64,000 bases of DNA from an uncultured Chloroflexia bacterium (GCA_963841135.1 CAWJBJ010000004.1:543496-607495); one strand, 5' to 3'; shown: positions 7,891 through 17,587, counted from the stretch's first letter. Translations and numbers: made by a program. Notes: generated from the letters alone by a model not told the origin.

Positions 7891-9301
7891 TCAGCGAGGG
7901 GCGGCGACCCGGCGGTAGCGGCGGGCGATCAGCCAGTACGCCGGGATCGACGCCAGCGCCTCCGACACCGACAGGACCCGTCCGTCGCGGCTCTCGAGCG
8001 AGAGCAGCGCGTCGGCCGATGACGCGTCGGCCGGCCGGGCATCCACCTCGGCGAGGTCGATCGCCACGCGTCCTGCCTCCTCGGGCCCGAGCGACGCGAT
8101 CAACGCGTCGGGTCGGGCGCCGGCTTCGTATTCGGCGCGGATCTCCAGGTCGGAACGCCACGTCGGCTGGCGCAGGAGCACCGCCCGCCAGCCGTCGGCG
8201 ACGGCGGACGCCACGGTGCCGTCGCCCGGTACGGCATGGGCCGACACCGCCTCGCCACGCGCCCAGCGCGCGGCCTGGTGGAGCAGCGCGTACTCGTCGA
8301 GATCGGCGTACGCGCTGAGGCGGTCGGCCGGCGACCCGTCGCCGAAGATCGCCCGGATCGACGGCGCGAAGAGCTCGGCGAGGTCGAGGTCGATGGCGCG
8401 GACCGTCCGGTGGAAGTAGACCTGCTGGTACATGAACCGGCGGGCCGTGAGGAACATCTCCAGCGCACCGAGACCCGGCTCGTAGAGCGTCAGCCCGCGC
8501 TCCGAGATGAACGTGTACCGCCGGAGCCTCTCCACGTCGACCGGGCCGACGGACACGCCGGTCACGTAGGCGTCGCGGCGCACGTAGTCCAGGTTGTCGA
8601 CGGTGAACACGCCCGACAGCAGCGGCTGGAGCCAGCGGACCCAGCGCGGCATCGCCCCGTCGACGAGTGCCGGCTTCGAGATCAGGAACGAGACCCAGGC
8701 CGGGTCGATCGCCTCGTCGTCACCGAAGGCGTCGCGCTCCGCGACGTCACCTGGCGCCCGGCGCAGGCCGCGCAGGAGCGCGCCGAGCTCGTCCTCGATG
8801 ATCCGCCCCGACAGATCCTCGTGGGTCAGGCGCTTGCCATCGGGTCGCCGCGGGTCGACGGGGGCCGGGAAGGCGACGAGGACCTGGTCGTCGAAGAAGT
8901 GGGCGAACGGCCCGTGGCCGACGTCGTGGAGGAGGCCGGCCATCCGCAGGGTCTCGACGACGAGGCCCTCCGACGGGACGGGCTCGGCCGCCACGGACCA
9001 GCTCGCCGCGCAGGCTCGGGTAGAGCGCCCGGGCCCAGACCCCGGCCTCGTGCATGACGCCGAGGCCGTGCGTGAAGCGCGAGTGCTCCGCTGTCGGGAA
9101 GACCCAGCGCGCGCTCTGGAGCTGGCTGATCCGCCGCAGCCGCTGCATCCAGGTGGTGTCGAGGACGTCCTGCTCGGCCACGTCCTCGTCCGGCAGCCCG
9201 GTCGCCGCCGATTCCTCGCGAGTGAGGCGCTTGGTCAGCTCCACGTACCCGTGGATCGGGTCGCTGATGAGGTTGACCGCCGCGAACTGGTGGCGCTTCA
9301 C
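7891..9301 (-). pseudogene. SAMHD1-like HD-domain dNTP triphosphohydrolase family protein, one +1 frameshift near 8995
   Basis: The N-terminal fragment (8747-9301) has DPIHGYVEL..QRLRRISQL..VFPTAEHSRFTHGLGV. The downstream fragment (7891-8994) has LHDVGHGPFAHFFD and DNLDYVRRD. GTGA overlap with the WYL gene. Confidence 0.8.
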
Positions 9302-10308
9302 GGTCCTGTCCCGTAGCGCGCAGCAGCCCGGGCATGCGTGGCGGCGACATCGTCGCGCAACGCGACGGGCTCGAGCACCTCGACGTCATCGCCCCACGAG
9401 AGGACCCAGAGCCGGATCTCGATCGGTCCCGCGACGGTCGCTCGCCAGACCACCGAGCCGTCCGGCTCCGGCTCCGCCGTCTGGGTCGGGTGCCAGCGCG
9501 TCTCCATGACCCGGGCCGCGACGGCCGGGGTGAACCGCAACACGACCGTCGTCGGCTCCTGGTCCGCGATGATGTCCCAGGCCCGGCGGAGTTCCTCGGT
9601 CGTGCCCGCCGGGTCGGGCGGATCGAACGTCCGCGGCGTGAGTGCCGCCTCCGCGATCCGCTCGATCTTGAAGGTCCGGATCGCGCCACGTTCCTCGTCG
9701 AAGCCCATCAGGTACAGCGCGTGGGTCTGCAGCGATGGCTCGATCAGGTACGGCCGGACGGTCGCGCGCCGGGGCGAGGCGCCGCCGTCGTAGCGCGCGG
9801 GCCGGTAGTCGATGGTCACGACCCGGCGCTCGGCCCAGGCCTTGGTCAGGAGCCGGACGTGCTCGTTGAACGCCGCGTCCCGCGGAGCGGTCGACATGAT
9901 GTCGAGGGTCCGCTCCACGTGCTCCGCCAGGGCCGGCGGGAGGCCCACCGCGAGCTTCTCGAACGCGGCCGCGAGGTCCGGGTCGTACTTGTCGGCGTAG
10001 CGGACCATCAACCGCGCGGACAGCACGACGGCCATCGCCTCGGACTGGGTCAGCTTGAGCGGCGGCAGGAACGCCTTGTCCGATTCGACGCCCCACCGCC
10101 CGCCCTCGGCCCAGACGGGGACGCCGATCTCCTCGTCGATGGCGCGCAGGTCGCGGTACACGGTCCGCACCGACATCCCGACCCGTTCCGCCAGGTCGCC
10201 CGTGCGGATGCCGTCGGGGTGCGCCTGCAGGATGGCCAGGAGCCGCGTCATCCGCGCCAACCGGTCGCGCTTGGCGCCGTACCGACCCGGTTCCGCCTCG
10301 ACGGTCAT
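9298..10308 (-). CDS. HTH-WYL domain transcriptional regulator (YafY/PafBC-like)
   Basis: 336 aa. N-terminal HTH (LAERVGMSVRTVYRDLRAIDE), central WYL-type domain (VTIDYRPARY..VRPYLI..LYLMGFD..IRTFKIERI) and a C-terminal extension. Confidence 0.85.
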   Translation of the reverse strand: MTVEAEPGRYGAKRDRLARMTRLLAILQAHPDGIRTGDLAERVGMSVRTVYRDLRAIDEEIGVPVWAEGGRWGVESDKAFLPPLKLTQSEAMAVVLSARLMVRYADKYDPDLAAAFEKLAVGLPPALAEHVERTLDIMSTAPRDAAFNEHVRLLTKAWAERRVVTIDYRPARYDGGASPRRATVRPYLIEPSLQTHALYLMGFDEERGAIRTFKIERIAEAALTPRTFDPPDPAGTTEELRRAWDIIADQEPTTVVLRFTPAVAARVMETRWHPTQTAEPEPDGSVVWRATVAGPIEIRLWVLSWGDDVEVLEPVALRDDVAATHARAAARYGTGP

Positions 10309-11489
10309 CGCGGCGGAGGATAGATGACGTGGTCGCGGTCGCGTTCCGTGGCGGTCATGTGGACCGCGACATCGCCGACGAGGGCCCCGGCGACGAGCCC
10401 CGCCCCGTCGCCGCCGGCATCGCCCACGACCTGGCCGAGCTGCCCGTCGAGGAAGACCCAGTAGTCAAGCTGCCCTCGCCATCGATGCAGGTCGGCGTCG
10501 CCGACGAGCCAGCGGATCTGCGGGAACGCCGCCTCGAAGGTGGCGCCATCGACCGCGACCCGGCAGCGGCGTGCCCGCGCGCCCTCGATGACCTCGACCC
10601 CGCGGTCCTCGGCGGTGGCCCGATTGTCGTACGTCAGCGCGGTGGCGAGCACCTGGAGGTCGATGGTCTGGCCGGCGACATCGGACGGCGGGACCGCCAC
10701 CCAACCCTCCCCTGGCACGCGCGTCCAGGCAGCGTCTGCAACACGGGCCGTGCCGACCTGCCCGAGCGTGCGATCGGTGGCGACGTAGCCGGTCCAGCGG
10801 TACTCGCCTCGGTCCCGCGTCCCGAGGATCTCCACGGACCCGATCGGGCGCAGGTCCGCGGTCGCGGTCAGGTCGGCCGACAAGCGGGCCTCCCGGCCGG
10901 CATCGAGTGGCGCATTGCACAACTGCGGCTCCGCCTCGGTGCCCGTCGGGCCGAAGCGCGACGAGGTCGGGACCGTGTCGCGGACGGCGATCTCGTTGGC
11001 GACCGCGGCGCCCGCGAACAACGACGACGACAGCAGCGTCAGCACGGCAGCGACGACGGCCCCGTCGACGAACCGGAGGCGGCGCAGGGCCGTCGCGCCC
11101 CGTCGCCGGCGGGCGATCCCGAGACCGCTGAACAGGCTGGTCGCGCCGAGCGCCAGCAGCCAGGGATACGCGGCTTCGAGCGAGGGCAGGAGCGTCTGCG
11201 ACCCGAGCGCCTGGATCTGCTCGATGACCCCCGCGATCGAGGGCACCAGGCAGAGCAGGGCGGCGATTCCCAGCCACACCATGCCTGCGAACGCTCCGTC
11301 GCCACGGCTGACCGGCGGCCAGACGAACCCGGCGACCGCGATGAGGATCGGCACGGTCATCGTCAGCCCCACGAGGACGTCCAGCGGCCCGCCGGGTCGG
11401 TAGGCGATGAGCACCAGCCCGGCTGCCACCACCCAGCCCGCCACGAGGGCGGCACCAACCAGTCGGAGCTCGAACTTGCGGACCCGCAT
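10305..11489 (-). CDS. polytopic membrane protein with a C-terminal extracytoplasmic domain, unknown function
   Basis: Start chosen at MRVRKFEL. 5-6 hydrophobic helices are followed by a roughly 230-aa soluble domain. ATGA overlap with the WYL regulator. Confidence 0.55.
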   Translation of the reverse strand: MRVRKFELRLVGAALVAGWVVAAGLVLIAYRPGGPLDVLVGLTMTVPILIAVAGFVWPPVSRGDGAFAGMVWLGIAALLCLVPSIAGVIEQIQALGSQTLLPSLEAAYPWLLALGATSLFSGLGIARRRRGATALRRLRFVDGAVVAAVLTLLSSSLFAGAAVANEIAVRDTVPTSSRFGPTGTEAEPQLCNAPLDAGREARLSADLTATADLRPIGSVEILGTRDRGEYRWTGYVATDRTLGQVGTARVADAAWTRVPGEGWVAVPPSDVAGQTIDLQVLATALTYDNRATAEDRGVEVIEGARARRCRVAVDGATFEAAFPQIRWLVGDADLHRWRGQLDYWVFLDGQLGQVVGDAGGDGAGLVAGALVGDVAVHMTATERDRDHVIYPPPR

Positions 11490-11567
11490 CGTGGCCGAGT
11501 CTAGCGGTCCGCACTCCGCAAGTACCGGGCTCGCCATGACCTCCGGTCCATCGCGTCGGGCGGCGCG

Positions 11568-12014
11568 TTGCCGTGGACTAACCGCACCGCAGCGGACCAG
11601 CCGTCGCGGGGACGAACCACCCAAGGGAATCGAGGAACGTGGGACATGGCAGGCCAGGCGCCACGAGGGTCACGGGGACGCGGGGAACCGTCTCGCCGCG
11701 CCTCGTCGTTGGCAGTCCCCGCGGTCCCTTCCGCGGCCGCCCCTGGTCCCAGGGCCACCTCGACCCGGCGATCGGCACGGGCCCGGACCCGCGAGCGGGT
11801 CGCGACCCTGCCGCCGCGCCAGACGTACCGAAAGCTGACGGGTCTGGGCCTGTCACCTGACGAAGCCGCCAACCTGACCGCGTTCATGAACGGCATCCCA
11901 CTCGACGGGGCCCATTGGTCGCTCCGTCAGGTCAACCAGTTGCTCTTCCTGCGCGAACTTCGCCGGACCGGCCGTTTCGGTCCGAAAGACGGGCGGATCA
12001 CCCGCCCCGCGTAA
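11568..12014 (+). CDS. hypothetical protein (only the C-terminal ~65 aa looks protein-like)
   Basis: ORF-track entry. The tail TYRKLTGLGLSPDEAANLTAFMNGIPLDGAHWSLRQVNQLLFLRELRRTGRFG uses atypical A/T-ending codons and a TAA stop. The N-terminus is Arg/Pro-rich and the start is uncertain. Confidence 0.3.
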   Translation: MPWTNRTAADQPSRGRTTQGNRGTWDMAGQAPRGSRGRGEPSRRASSLAVPAVPSAAAPGPRATSTRRSARARTRERVATLPPRQTYRKLTGLGLSPDEAANLTAFMNGIPLDGAHWSLRQVNQLLFLRELRRTGRFGPKDGRITRPA

Positions 12015-12064
12015 CCTGATTTATCCGGCAGCGACGGCGAATCCCTCCTCCCGCCGTCAATGCC

Positions 12065-12112
12065 ACCGCCCGAAGTGGTGCCGAGCCTCCTCCCGGCGCC
12101 ACTTCGGGCGGT
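12065..12112 (+). promoter_or_regulatory. 14-bp hairpin in the leader of the DUF62/ECF operon
   Basis: ACCGCCCGAAGTGG (12065-12078) pairs with CCACTTCGGGCGGT (12099-12112). The 20-nt loop carries CCTCCTCCCG, and the hairpin is followed by CTTCATGTT. Confidence 0.3.
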
Positions 12113-12176
12113 CTTCATGTTCGGCCCGGTGCGCCGGGTCGCCGCGCAGGGCCGGCGCCCCGGTACCATCGGGCCC

Positions 12177-13004
12177 ATGAGCCGACCCATCATCACGTTC
12201 CTGACGGACTTCGGGCCTTCGGCCCCGGCCGTGTGTCGCGGCGTCATGCTCGGGATCTGCCCCGACGCGACGATCATCGACATCAGCCACCAGGTCCCGC
12301 GTTACTCGATCCGGGAGGGAGCGGGCACCCTCGTCTTCGCCCTGCCGTACATGCCGATCGGCACCCACGTCGCGGTCGTGGACCCGGGGGTCGGCACCGA
12401 GCGGCTGCCGCTGGCGATCCGCGTCGAGCGCGGCGACGTCCTGATCGGGCCGGACAACGGGCTGCTCCTCGACGCCGCGGATGCGCTCGGGGGAGTCACG
12501 GAGGCCCGGACGCTCGAGAACCGCGACCTCATGCTCCCGGTGATCTCGTCGAGCTTCCACGGGCGGGACATCTTCTCGCCGATCGCCGCGCACCTGGCGT
12601 CCGGCGCGGACTTCGCCTCGGTCGGACCCACGGTGCCGATCGACGCGCTCGTCCGCCTCCCGGCGATCAGGCCGACGATCGGCGACGGGGTTCTGGAATC
12701 GACGATCGTCCACGTCCTGATCTACGGCAACGTCACGTTTGCCGGCACGCCGGCCGACCTCGAAACCGCGATCGGACCGCTGTCGTTCGGGCGGCCGCTG
12801 CTCCTGGAGTTCCCCGCGCACGGTGGCGCGGGCTCGGCCGAGGAGCGAACGGTCTGGCAGCAGACGTTCGGCCGGGTGCCGCTGGGAGCCTCGCTGCTCT
12901 ACGCGGACTCGGAGGGCCATCTCTCGCTGGCCGACAACCAGGGCAACGCCGCGGAACGGCTGGGTCTCGCGCTTGATCGCCCCGTCCGCATCCGCTCGGC
13001 CTGA
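12177..13004 (+). CDS. DUF62 family SAM hydrolase (S-adenosyl-L-methionine hydroxide adenosyltransferase-like)
   Basis: Contains ITFLTDFG, VAVVDPGVGT, GPDNGLL and FHGRDIFSP motifs. Start taken at ATG 12177 (MSRPIITF). Confidence 0.8.
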   Translation: MSRPIITFLTDFGPSAPAVCRGVMLGICPDATIIDISHQVPRYSIREGAGTLVFALPYMPIGTHVAVVDPGVGTERLPLAIRVERGDVLIGPDNGLLLDAADALGGVTEARTLENRDLMLPVISSSFHGRDIFSPIAAHLASGADFASVGPTVPIDALVRLPAIRPTIGDGVLESTIVHVLIYGNVTFAGTPADLETAIGPLSFGRPLLLEFPAHGGAGSAEERTVWQQTFGRVPLGASLLYADSEGHLSLADNQGNAAERLGLALDRPVRIRSA

Positions 13005-13008
13005 CGGC

Positions 13009-14751
13009 ATGACGGCCGTCGCGCCGCTGGTCGAGGTCGACGGACTGACCTACCGCTACCGCCGAGCGACCGTGCCCGCGATCACGGACCTGACGCTCAC
13101 GGTCTCGCCCGGCCAGGTGATCCTCGTGGCCGGGCCATCGGGGTGCGGCAAGAGCACGCTCATCCGGGCCATCAACGGGCTCATCCCGCACTCGTACCCG
13201 GGCGAGCTCACGGGCGTCGTCCGCGTCGATGGCCAGCCGACGACCGAGCTGAAGCTGCGCGACATCGCGAGGACCGTGGGCACGGTGCTCCAGGACCCGG
13301 CCAAGCAGATCGTCGGGGCGACCGTGGAATCCGAGCTCGCGTTCGGCCCGGAGAACATGGGTACCCCGCGCTCGGAGATCCGCGACCGGATTCGCGACGT
13401 CGCCGTCCGGGCCGGGATCGAGCCGATCCTGGGTCGCGAGACGGCCGCCCTCTCGGGCGGCGAGCGCCAGCTCCTGGCGATGGCCGGGATCTTGATGATG
13501 CAGCCACGCCTGTACGTGGTCGACGAGCCGCTGGCGAATCTCGACCCGGCGACCGCGGAGCGGCTCCTCGACGTGCTCCGCGACCTGGCGGACCGCGGCG
13601 ATGCGATCGTCATCGTGGAGCATCGAGTCGAAGAGGCCCTCAAGCTGCGGCCCGACCTGGTCCTGTACCTCGAGGACGGCCGACAGCGCTACCTCGGCCC
13701 CGTCGACGGGTTCCTCGCCATCGCGGATCCCGACGCGGTGAAGCTGCCGTTCGACGTCGTGCTCGAGCGGGTTCGCGCAATGACGGACGCGAGCGGCGCA
13801 TCCGCCGCGGCGCCGGGGGACGGGGACCTGTCAGCGCCCGAACGCGCTCCGCTCGATCTCGCCGACGCCACGTCCGGGACCCCGCCCCGCCTGGAGTTCC
13901 GGGGCGTTCGCGCGGCCATCGGCGACCACGAGATCCTGCATGGGGTCGATGCCCGGCTCGGGCCCGACGAGATCGTTGCGGTCCTCGGGCCGAACGGCTC
14001 GGGCAAGACGACCCTGTTCCGGACCGCGATGCACCTGCTTGGGATCACCGAGGGGACGGTCCTCGTCGATGGCACGTCGATCGCCGATCGGACCACGGCG
14101 GAGCTCGCGACCGAGTTCGGCTACGTCTTCCAGAGCCCCAGCCAGATGCTCTTCTCGCGGACCGTCGAGGACGAGATCCTGTTCGGGCCGCGGAATCTCG
14201 GCCGGGATCCGGCGGGCTTCGAAGCCCTGCTCGACGATTGCCTCCAGCGCACGGCCCTCGAGGGGCTGGAGGACATCCGGACACGGCCCCCGCTCGCGCT
14301 GTCGTTCGGACAGCAGAAACGACTCGCGCTCGCGATCGCGCTGGCCCTCCGACCCTCGACGCTGGTGCTCGACGAGCCGTCGGCCGGCCAGGACCACCGG
14401 ACGGCCGCGGCGTTCATGCGCGAGGTCCTCGCGATCCCCGGGCTGCGCAGCCTGTACCTCGTCACGCACGACGTGGACCTTGCATTGACGCATGCAGACC
14501 GTATCCTGTTGTTCAGGGAAGGCCGGGTCGTGGCCGACGGCGCCCCGATCGAGGTCATTGCGGACGCTGCGCGCTGGAGGGCGTGCAACCTGCGCGTGAC
14601 GTCGTTGATGCAGGCCAATATCCATCGAGGGACGGCGGGGGAAGGTTTCCTCGATGCCGAGACGCTCGCGCGCCGGGTGATCGTCACCGACCGGCGAGGC
14701 GAGGGGGCGGCGGAAGGAGGCCGAGGTGGTGAGCTGTTGACCGAGTCCTGA
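13009..14751 (+). CDS. ecfA: ECF transporter ATPase, fused double ABC domain (EcfA1-EcfA2 type)
   Basis: Two Walker A sites (GPSGCGKST, GPNGSGKTT), two signature motifs (LSGGERQ, LSFGQQKR) and two Walker B sites (LYVVDEP, TLVLDEP). Confidence 0.9.
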   Translation: MTAVAPLVEVDGLTYRYRRATVPAITDLTLTVSPGQVILVAGPSGCGKSTLIRAINGLIPHSYPGELTGVVRVDGQPTTELKLRDIARTVGTVLQDPAKQIVGATVESELAFGPENMGTPRSEIRDRIRDVAVRAGIEPILGRETAALSGGERQLLAMAGILMMQPRLYVVDEPLANLDPATAERLLDVLRDLADRGDAIVIVEHRVEEALKLRPDLVLYLEDGRQRYLGPVDGFLAIADPDAVKLPFDVVLERVRAMTDASGASAAAPGDGDLSAPERAPLDLADATSGTPPRLEFRGVRAAIGDHEILHGVDARLGPDEIVAVLGPNGSGKTTLFRTAMHLLGITEGTVLVDGTSIADRTTAELATEFGYVFQSPSQMLFSRTVEDEILFGPRNLGRDPAGFEALLDDCLQRTALEGLEDIRTRPPLALSFGQQKRLALAIALALRPSTLVLDEPSAGQDHRTAAAFMREVLAIPGLRSLYLVTHDVDLALTHADRILLFREGRVVADGAPIEVIADAARWRACNLRVTSLMQANIHRGTAGEGFLDAETLARRVIVTDRRGEGAAEGGRGGELLTES

Positions 14752-14797
14752 CTCGACACGCGCCCACGTGCATCGAACCTTCTGGAGGGAAGATCAG

Positions 14798-15367
14798 ATG
14801 ACCGCACTTTCCGCCCCGCAGAGCAACCGCCTGTGGGAAGTGACTTCACGGACCATCGTCTATGCCGCGATCGGCGCGGCGCTCTACGGGATCCTGCTCG
14901 TCGCACAGGTCCCGGTCCCTGGCACCACGGTGTCGGTCCGGCCGGCCTTTGCGCTCGTTCCGTTCTTCGGCTACGCGTTCGGCCCGATCGTTGGCCTCTT
15001 CGTCGGTCTTGTCGGCAACGGCATCGGTGACCAGCTTTCGGGGTGGGGCGCCCTCACCTCGTGGAACTGGAGCATCGCCAACGGTCTCGTCGGTCTCCTC
15101 GCCGGTCTTGCTCCGCTCTACCTCGGACGCTGGACGAACGGGAGTCTGCGTGACCGCGCCATCGGCGGAGCCGTCGCCGGCGTGATCGCCACCATCATCG
15201 GCTTCCTGTTCACGTTCACAGACCTCATCATTCAGGCCGGCAACACGGTCGGCGGCGTCACGTCGTTCTACATCACGGTCATCGTCGCGGACGTGATCGC
15301 GACAGTGATCCTCGTGCCGATCCTCGTGTACGCATGGGAGCCGGTCAAAGCCCAGCTCGGCCGGTAG
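14798..15367 (+). CDS. ECF transporter substrate-specific (S) component, specificity unknown
   Basis: About 190 aa with 5-6 TM helices, placed between the ECF ATPase and the T component. Confidence 0.65.
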   Translation: MTALSAPQSNRLWEVTSRTIVYAAIGAALYGILLVAQVPVPGTTVSVRPAFALVPFFGYAFGPIVGLFVGLVGNGIGDQLSGWGALTSWNWSIANGLVGLLAGLAPLYLGRWTNGSLRDRAIGGAVAGVIATIIGFLFTFTDLIIQAGNTVGGVTSFYITVIVADVIATVILVPILVYAWEPVKAQLGR

Positions 15368-15389
15368 GTTTCGGCTCCGGGGTACAGCC

Positions 15390-16247
15390 TTGAACGTTGC
15401 CCCACGGTATCTGGGACGGGGATCGTGGCTCGCACGCCGCGATCCCCGTGTCCTTATCGTCGTCGTCGCGCTCTTCATCTTCACGGTCCTGCAGGTGTGG
15501 GACCTCCGGATCGTCCTGCTGCTGCTGCTGATCGCTGTCGGCTACTACCGCACAGCGAGCATCCCGTGGCGTGACATCCGCCGGAACTGGAGGGTCGCCT
15601 TCGTGTTCATCGGGACATTGGTCCTGGTGAACGCGATCCTGGGCGGCGGCCAGACATCCGAGGTCTCGCTTGACGAGGCGCACGTGCTCTTCTATCTCCC
15701 GCTCCTCGGGACGCCCATGTCCGCGGAGTCGATCACGCTCGCGATCACGCTCTTCTTTCGCTACCTGGCGATGGCAACGATCGGCTTTCCCGTTGCCTTC
15801 GCCATCGCCCCGAACGACTTTGGCGCAGCGTTCCATCGCCTCGGCGTGCCCGAGAAGTTCGCCTTCGGGATCGACCTGACGTTCCGGTTCCTGCCGTCGC
15901 TCGCGGCCGATCTGCAGACGACGGTCGATGCGCAGCGGATCCGCGGCTTCGACTGGGCGGGCGGGAAGGCCGGGTTCCTCTCGCGCGTCCGGCGCTCGAC
16001 GCCGGTCGTCGTGCCGACCATGGTCAACGCGATCGCCGGCGCGGAGGACACGATCGATGCCATGGACCTGCGCGGGTTCGGGACCGGCAAGCGATCGTGG
16101 CTGCGTGAGCTCGCCTACGACCGGAGGGACTGGCTCGTGATCGGGTTCTTCGGACTCCTGCTGATCGCCGCGACGATCGGCGGCTTCGCCGGGGTGACCT
16201 CGCACCTCTGGACGCCGCAGTTCCTCATCGATCTCGCCGGCGGCTGA
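15390..16247 (+). CDS. ecfT: ECF transporter transmembrane (T) component
   Basis: 285 aa, CbiQ/EcfT-like, with the conserved coupling region AQRIRGFD. Confidence 0.8.
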   Translation: MNVAPRYLGRGSWLARRDPRVLIVVVALFIFTVLQVWDLRIVLLLLLIAVGYYRTASIPWRDIRRNWRVAFVFIGTLVLVNAILGGGQTSEVSLDEAHVLFYLPLLGTPMSAESITLAITLFFRYLAMATIGFPVAFAIAPNDFGAAFHRLGVPEKFAFGIDLTFRFLPSLAADLQTTVDAQRIRGFDWAGGKAGFLSRVRRSTPVVVPTMVNAIAGAEDTIDAMDLRGFGTGKRSWLRELAYDRRDWLVIGFFGLLLIAATIGGFAGVTSHLWTPQFLIDLAGG

Positions 16248-16279
16248 CGGCCGGGCGTCAGGGTTCCCCGATCGGCGGA

Positions 16280-17041
16280 TCAGCGGCGGGACGCCGGCCC
16301 TCGCGCCGCATCGACGAAGACCGAGAACAGCCGGGCGAACGCCGCCGGCGTCGACTCCGTCCGCTCCGGGTGGCACTGGACGCCGATCAGGAACCGGCCG
16401 TCCGCGGCCTCGAGACCCTCGACGAGGTCGCCCTCGGAGCTGCTCGCGAACGCGTTCGCGACGAGACCCGGTGCCACGTCCGCCGCCCGGATGCCCTGAT
16501 GGTGGTACGTGTTGACGGTCAGGACGCCGCCGCGGGCATTGGTCGGGAACAGGATCCGGGTCAGCCGGCTGCCCGGGGCGAGGCGGAGCGGGTGGGTCGC
16601 GGCGGTGCCCAGTCCCCAGCCCGGGCCGCCGTGTCCCCCGACGTGCTGGACCAGCGTCCCCCCGGAGAAGACGTTGATGGCCTGCATCCCGCGGCAGATC
16701 CCGACGATCGGGACGCCTCGCTCGGTCGCGGCGATCCAGGCCTGGTGCTCGAGCTCATCGCGCTCAGGCTCCGTGGCGACCGAGCCGCTCGTCGCGCGGC
16801 CGTAGCGCGCCGGGTCGACGTCGGCGCCGCCGCTCAGCAGGAGCCCGTCCATCGAGGCGAGGGCCGCCGCACGGTCCGCACTGCCGGTCTCGGTCGAGAG
16901 GAGCGACGGCGCGCCGCCGGCATTCGCGATCGCGGTGCCGTAGAGCGCGTTCTTCCGAGCCACGAGGTCGGGATCGGTCGTCCTCGACGGATCGGTGACC
17001 GTCACGACGATCCGTGGGCTCGAGGCGACACGTGGGTCCAC
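16280..17041 (-). CDS. class I glutamine amidotransferase, gamma-glutamyl-GABA hydrolase (peptidase C26) family
   Basis: Nucleophile elbow GICRGMQ, YHHQG and a late HPE motif. Confidence 0.85.
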   Translation of the reverse strand: MDPRVASSPRIVVTVTDPSRTTDPDLVARKNALYGTAIANAGGAPSLLSTETGSADRAAALASMDGLLLSGGADVDPARYGRATSGSVATEPERDELEHQAWIAATERGVPIVGICRGMQAINVFSGGTLVQHVGGHGGPGWGLGTAATHPLRLAPGSRLTRILFPTNARGGVLTVNTYHHQGIRAADVAPGLVANAFASSSEGDLVEGLEAADGRFLIGVQCHPERTESTPAAFARLFSVFVDAARGPASRR

Positions 17042-17107
17042 CTAGGGAGGATAGCGGCCGGGCGGCGCGCTCTCCCGAGGAGCCGAACGTCGCCGAGCAG
17101 CGACAGA

Positions 17108-17587
17108 TCAGCTCTCGGGGCTCGCGCCCTCCGATGGCGGTGCGGGCGTGGGCCGGGGAGTCGGCACAGGCGAGACGCTCGGCAGCGCCTCGGGGTCGAC
17201 CTCCTCGTTCGGGAGGATCATGAGCACCCAGCCGACCTCGAGCCGGTCCGGTCGGTACTTGTCCGAGTCAGGATCGAGCGACGGGTAGGTCACCCGGTTC
17301 CAGTACGCGATGCTCCGGCCGCTGGTCCCGAAGCGCTTCGCGATGCCGACCAGCGTGTCGCCGGGCTTGACCGTGTAGAGGGCGAACGTCGGGCCCGGCG
17401 TGGGGGTCGGCCGAACGAACGACGGCGTCGGGGTCGGCCCTGCGGGCGTCAGGATCGGCGTCGGGCCGCTGCCGCTCTCCGCGGGCGTCGGACTGAGGCG
17501 GTTGGCGGGCGTCGGGACGCACGCGGCAACCAGGACCAGGAACAGGATCGCTCCCGGGAGCCGGGGGACGCGGGCCGTCGGATCCAT
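17108..17587 (-). CDS. LysM domain lipoprotein
   Basis: Signal peptide with lipobox LVAAC, a Pro/Thr linker and a LysM motif YTVKPGDTLVGIAKRFG. Confidence 0.8.
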   Translation of the reverse strand: MDPTARVPRLPGAILFLVLVAACVPTPANRLSPTPAESGSGPTPILTPAGPTPTPSFVRPTPTPGPTFALYTVKPGDTLVGIAKRFGTSGRSIAYWNRVTYPSLDPDSDKYRPDRLEVGWVLMILPNEEVDPEALPSVSPVPTPRPTPAPPSEGASPES

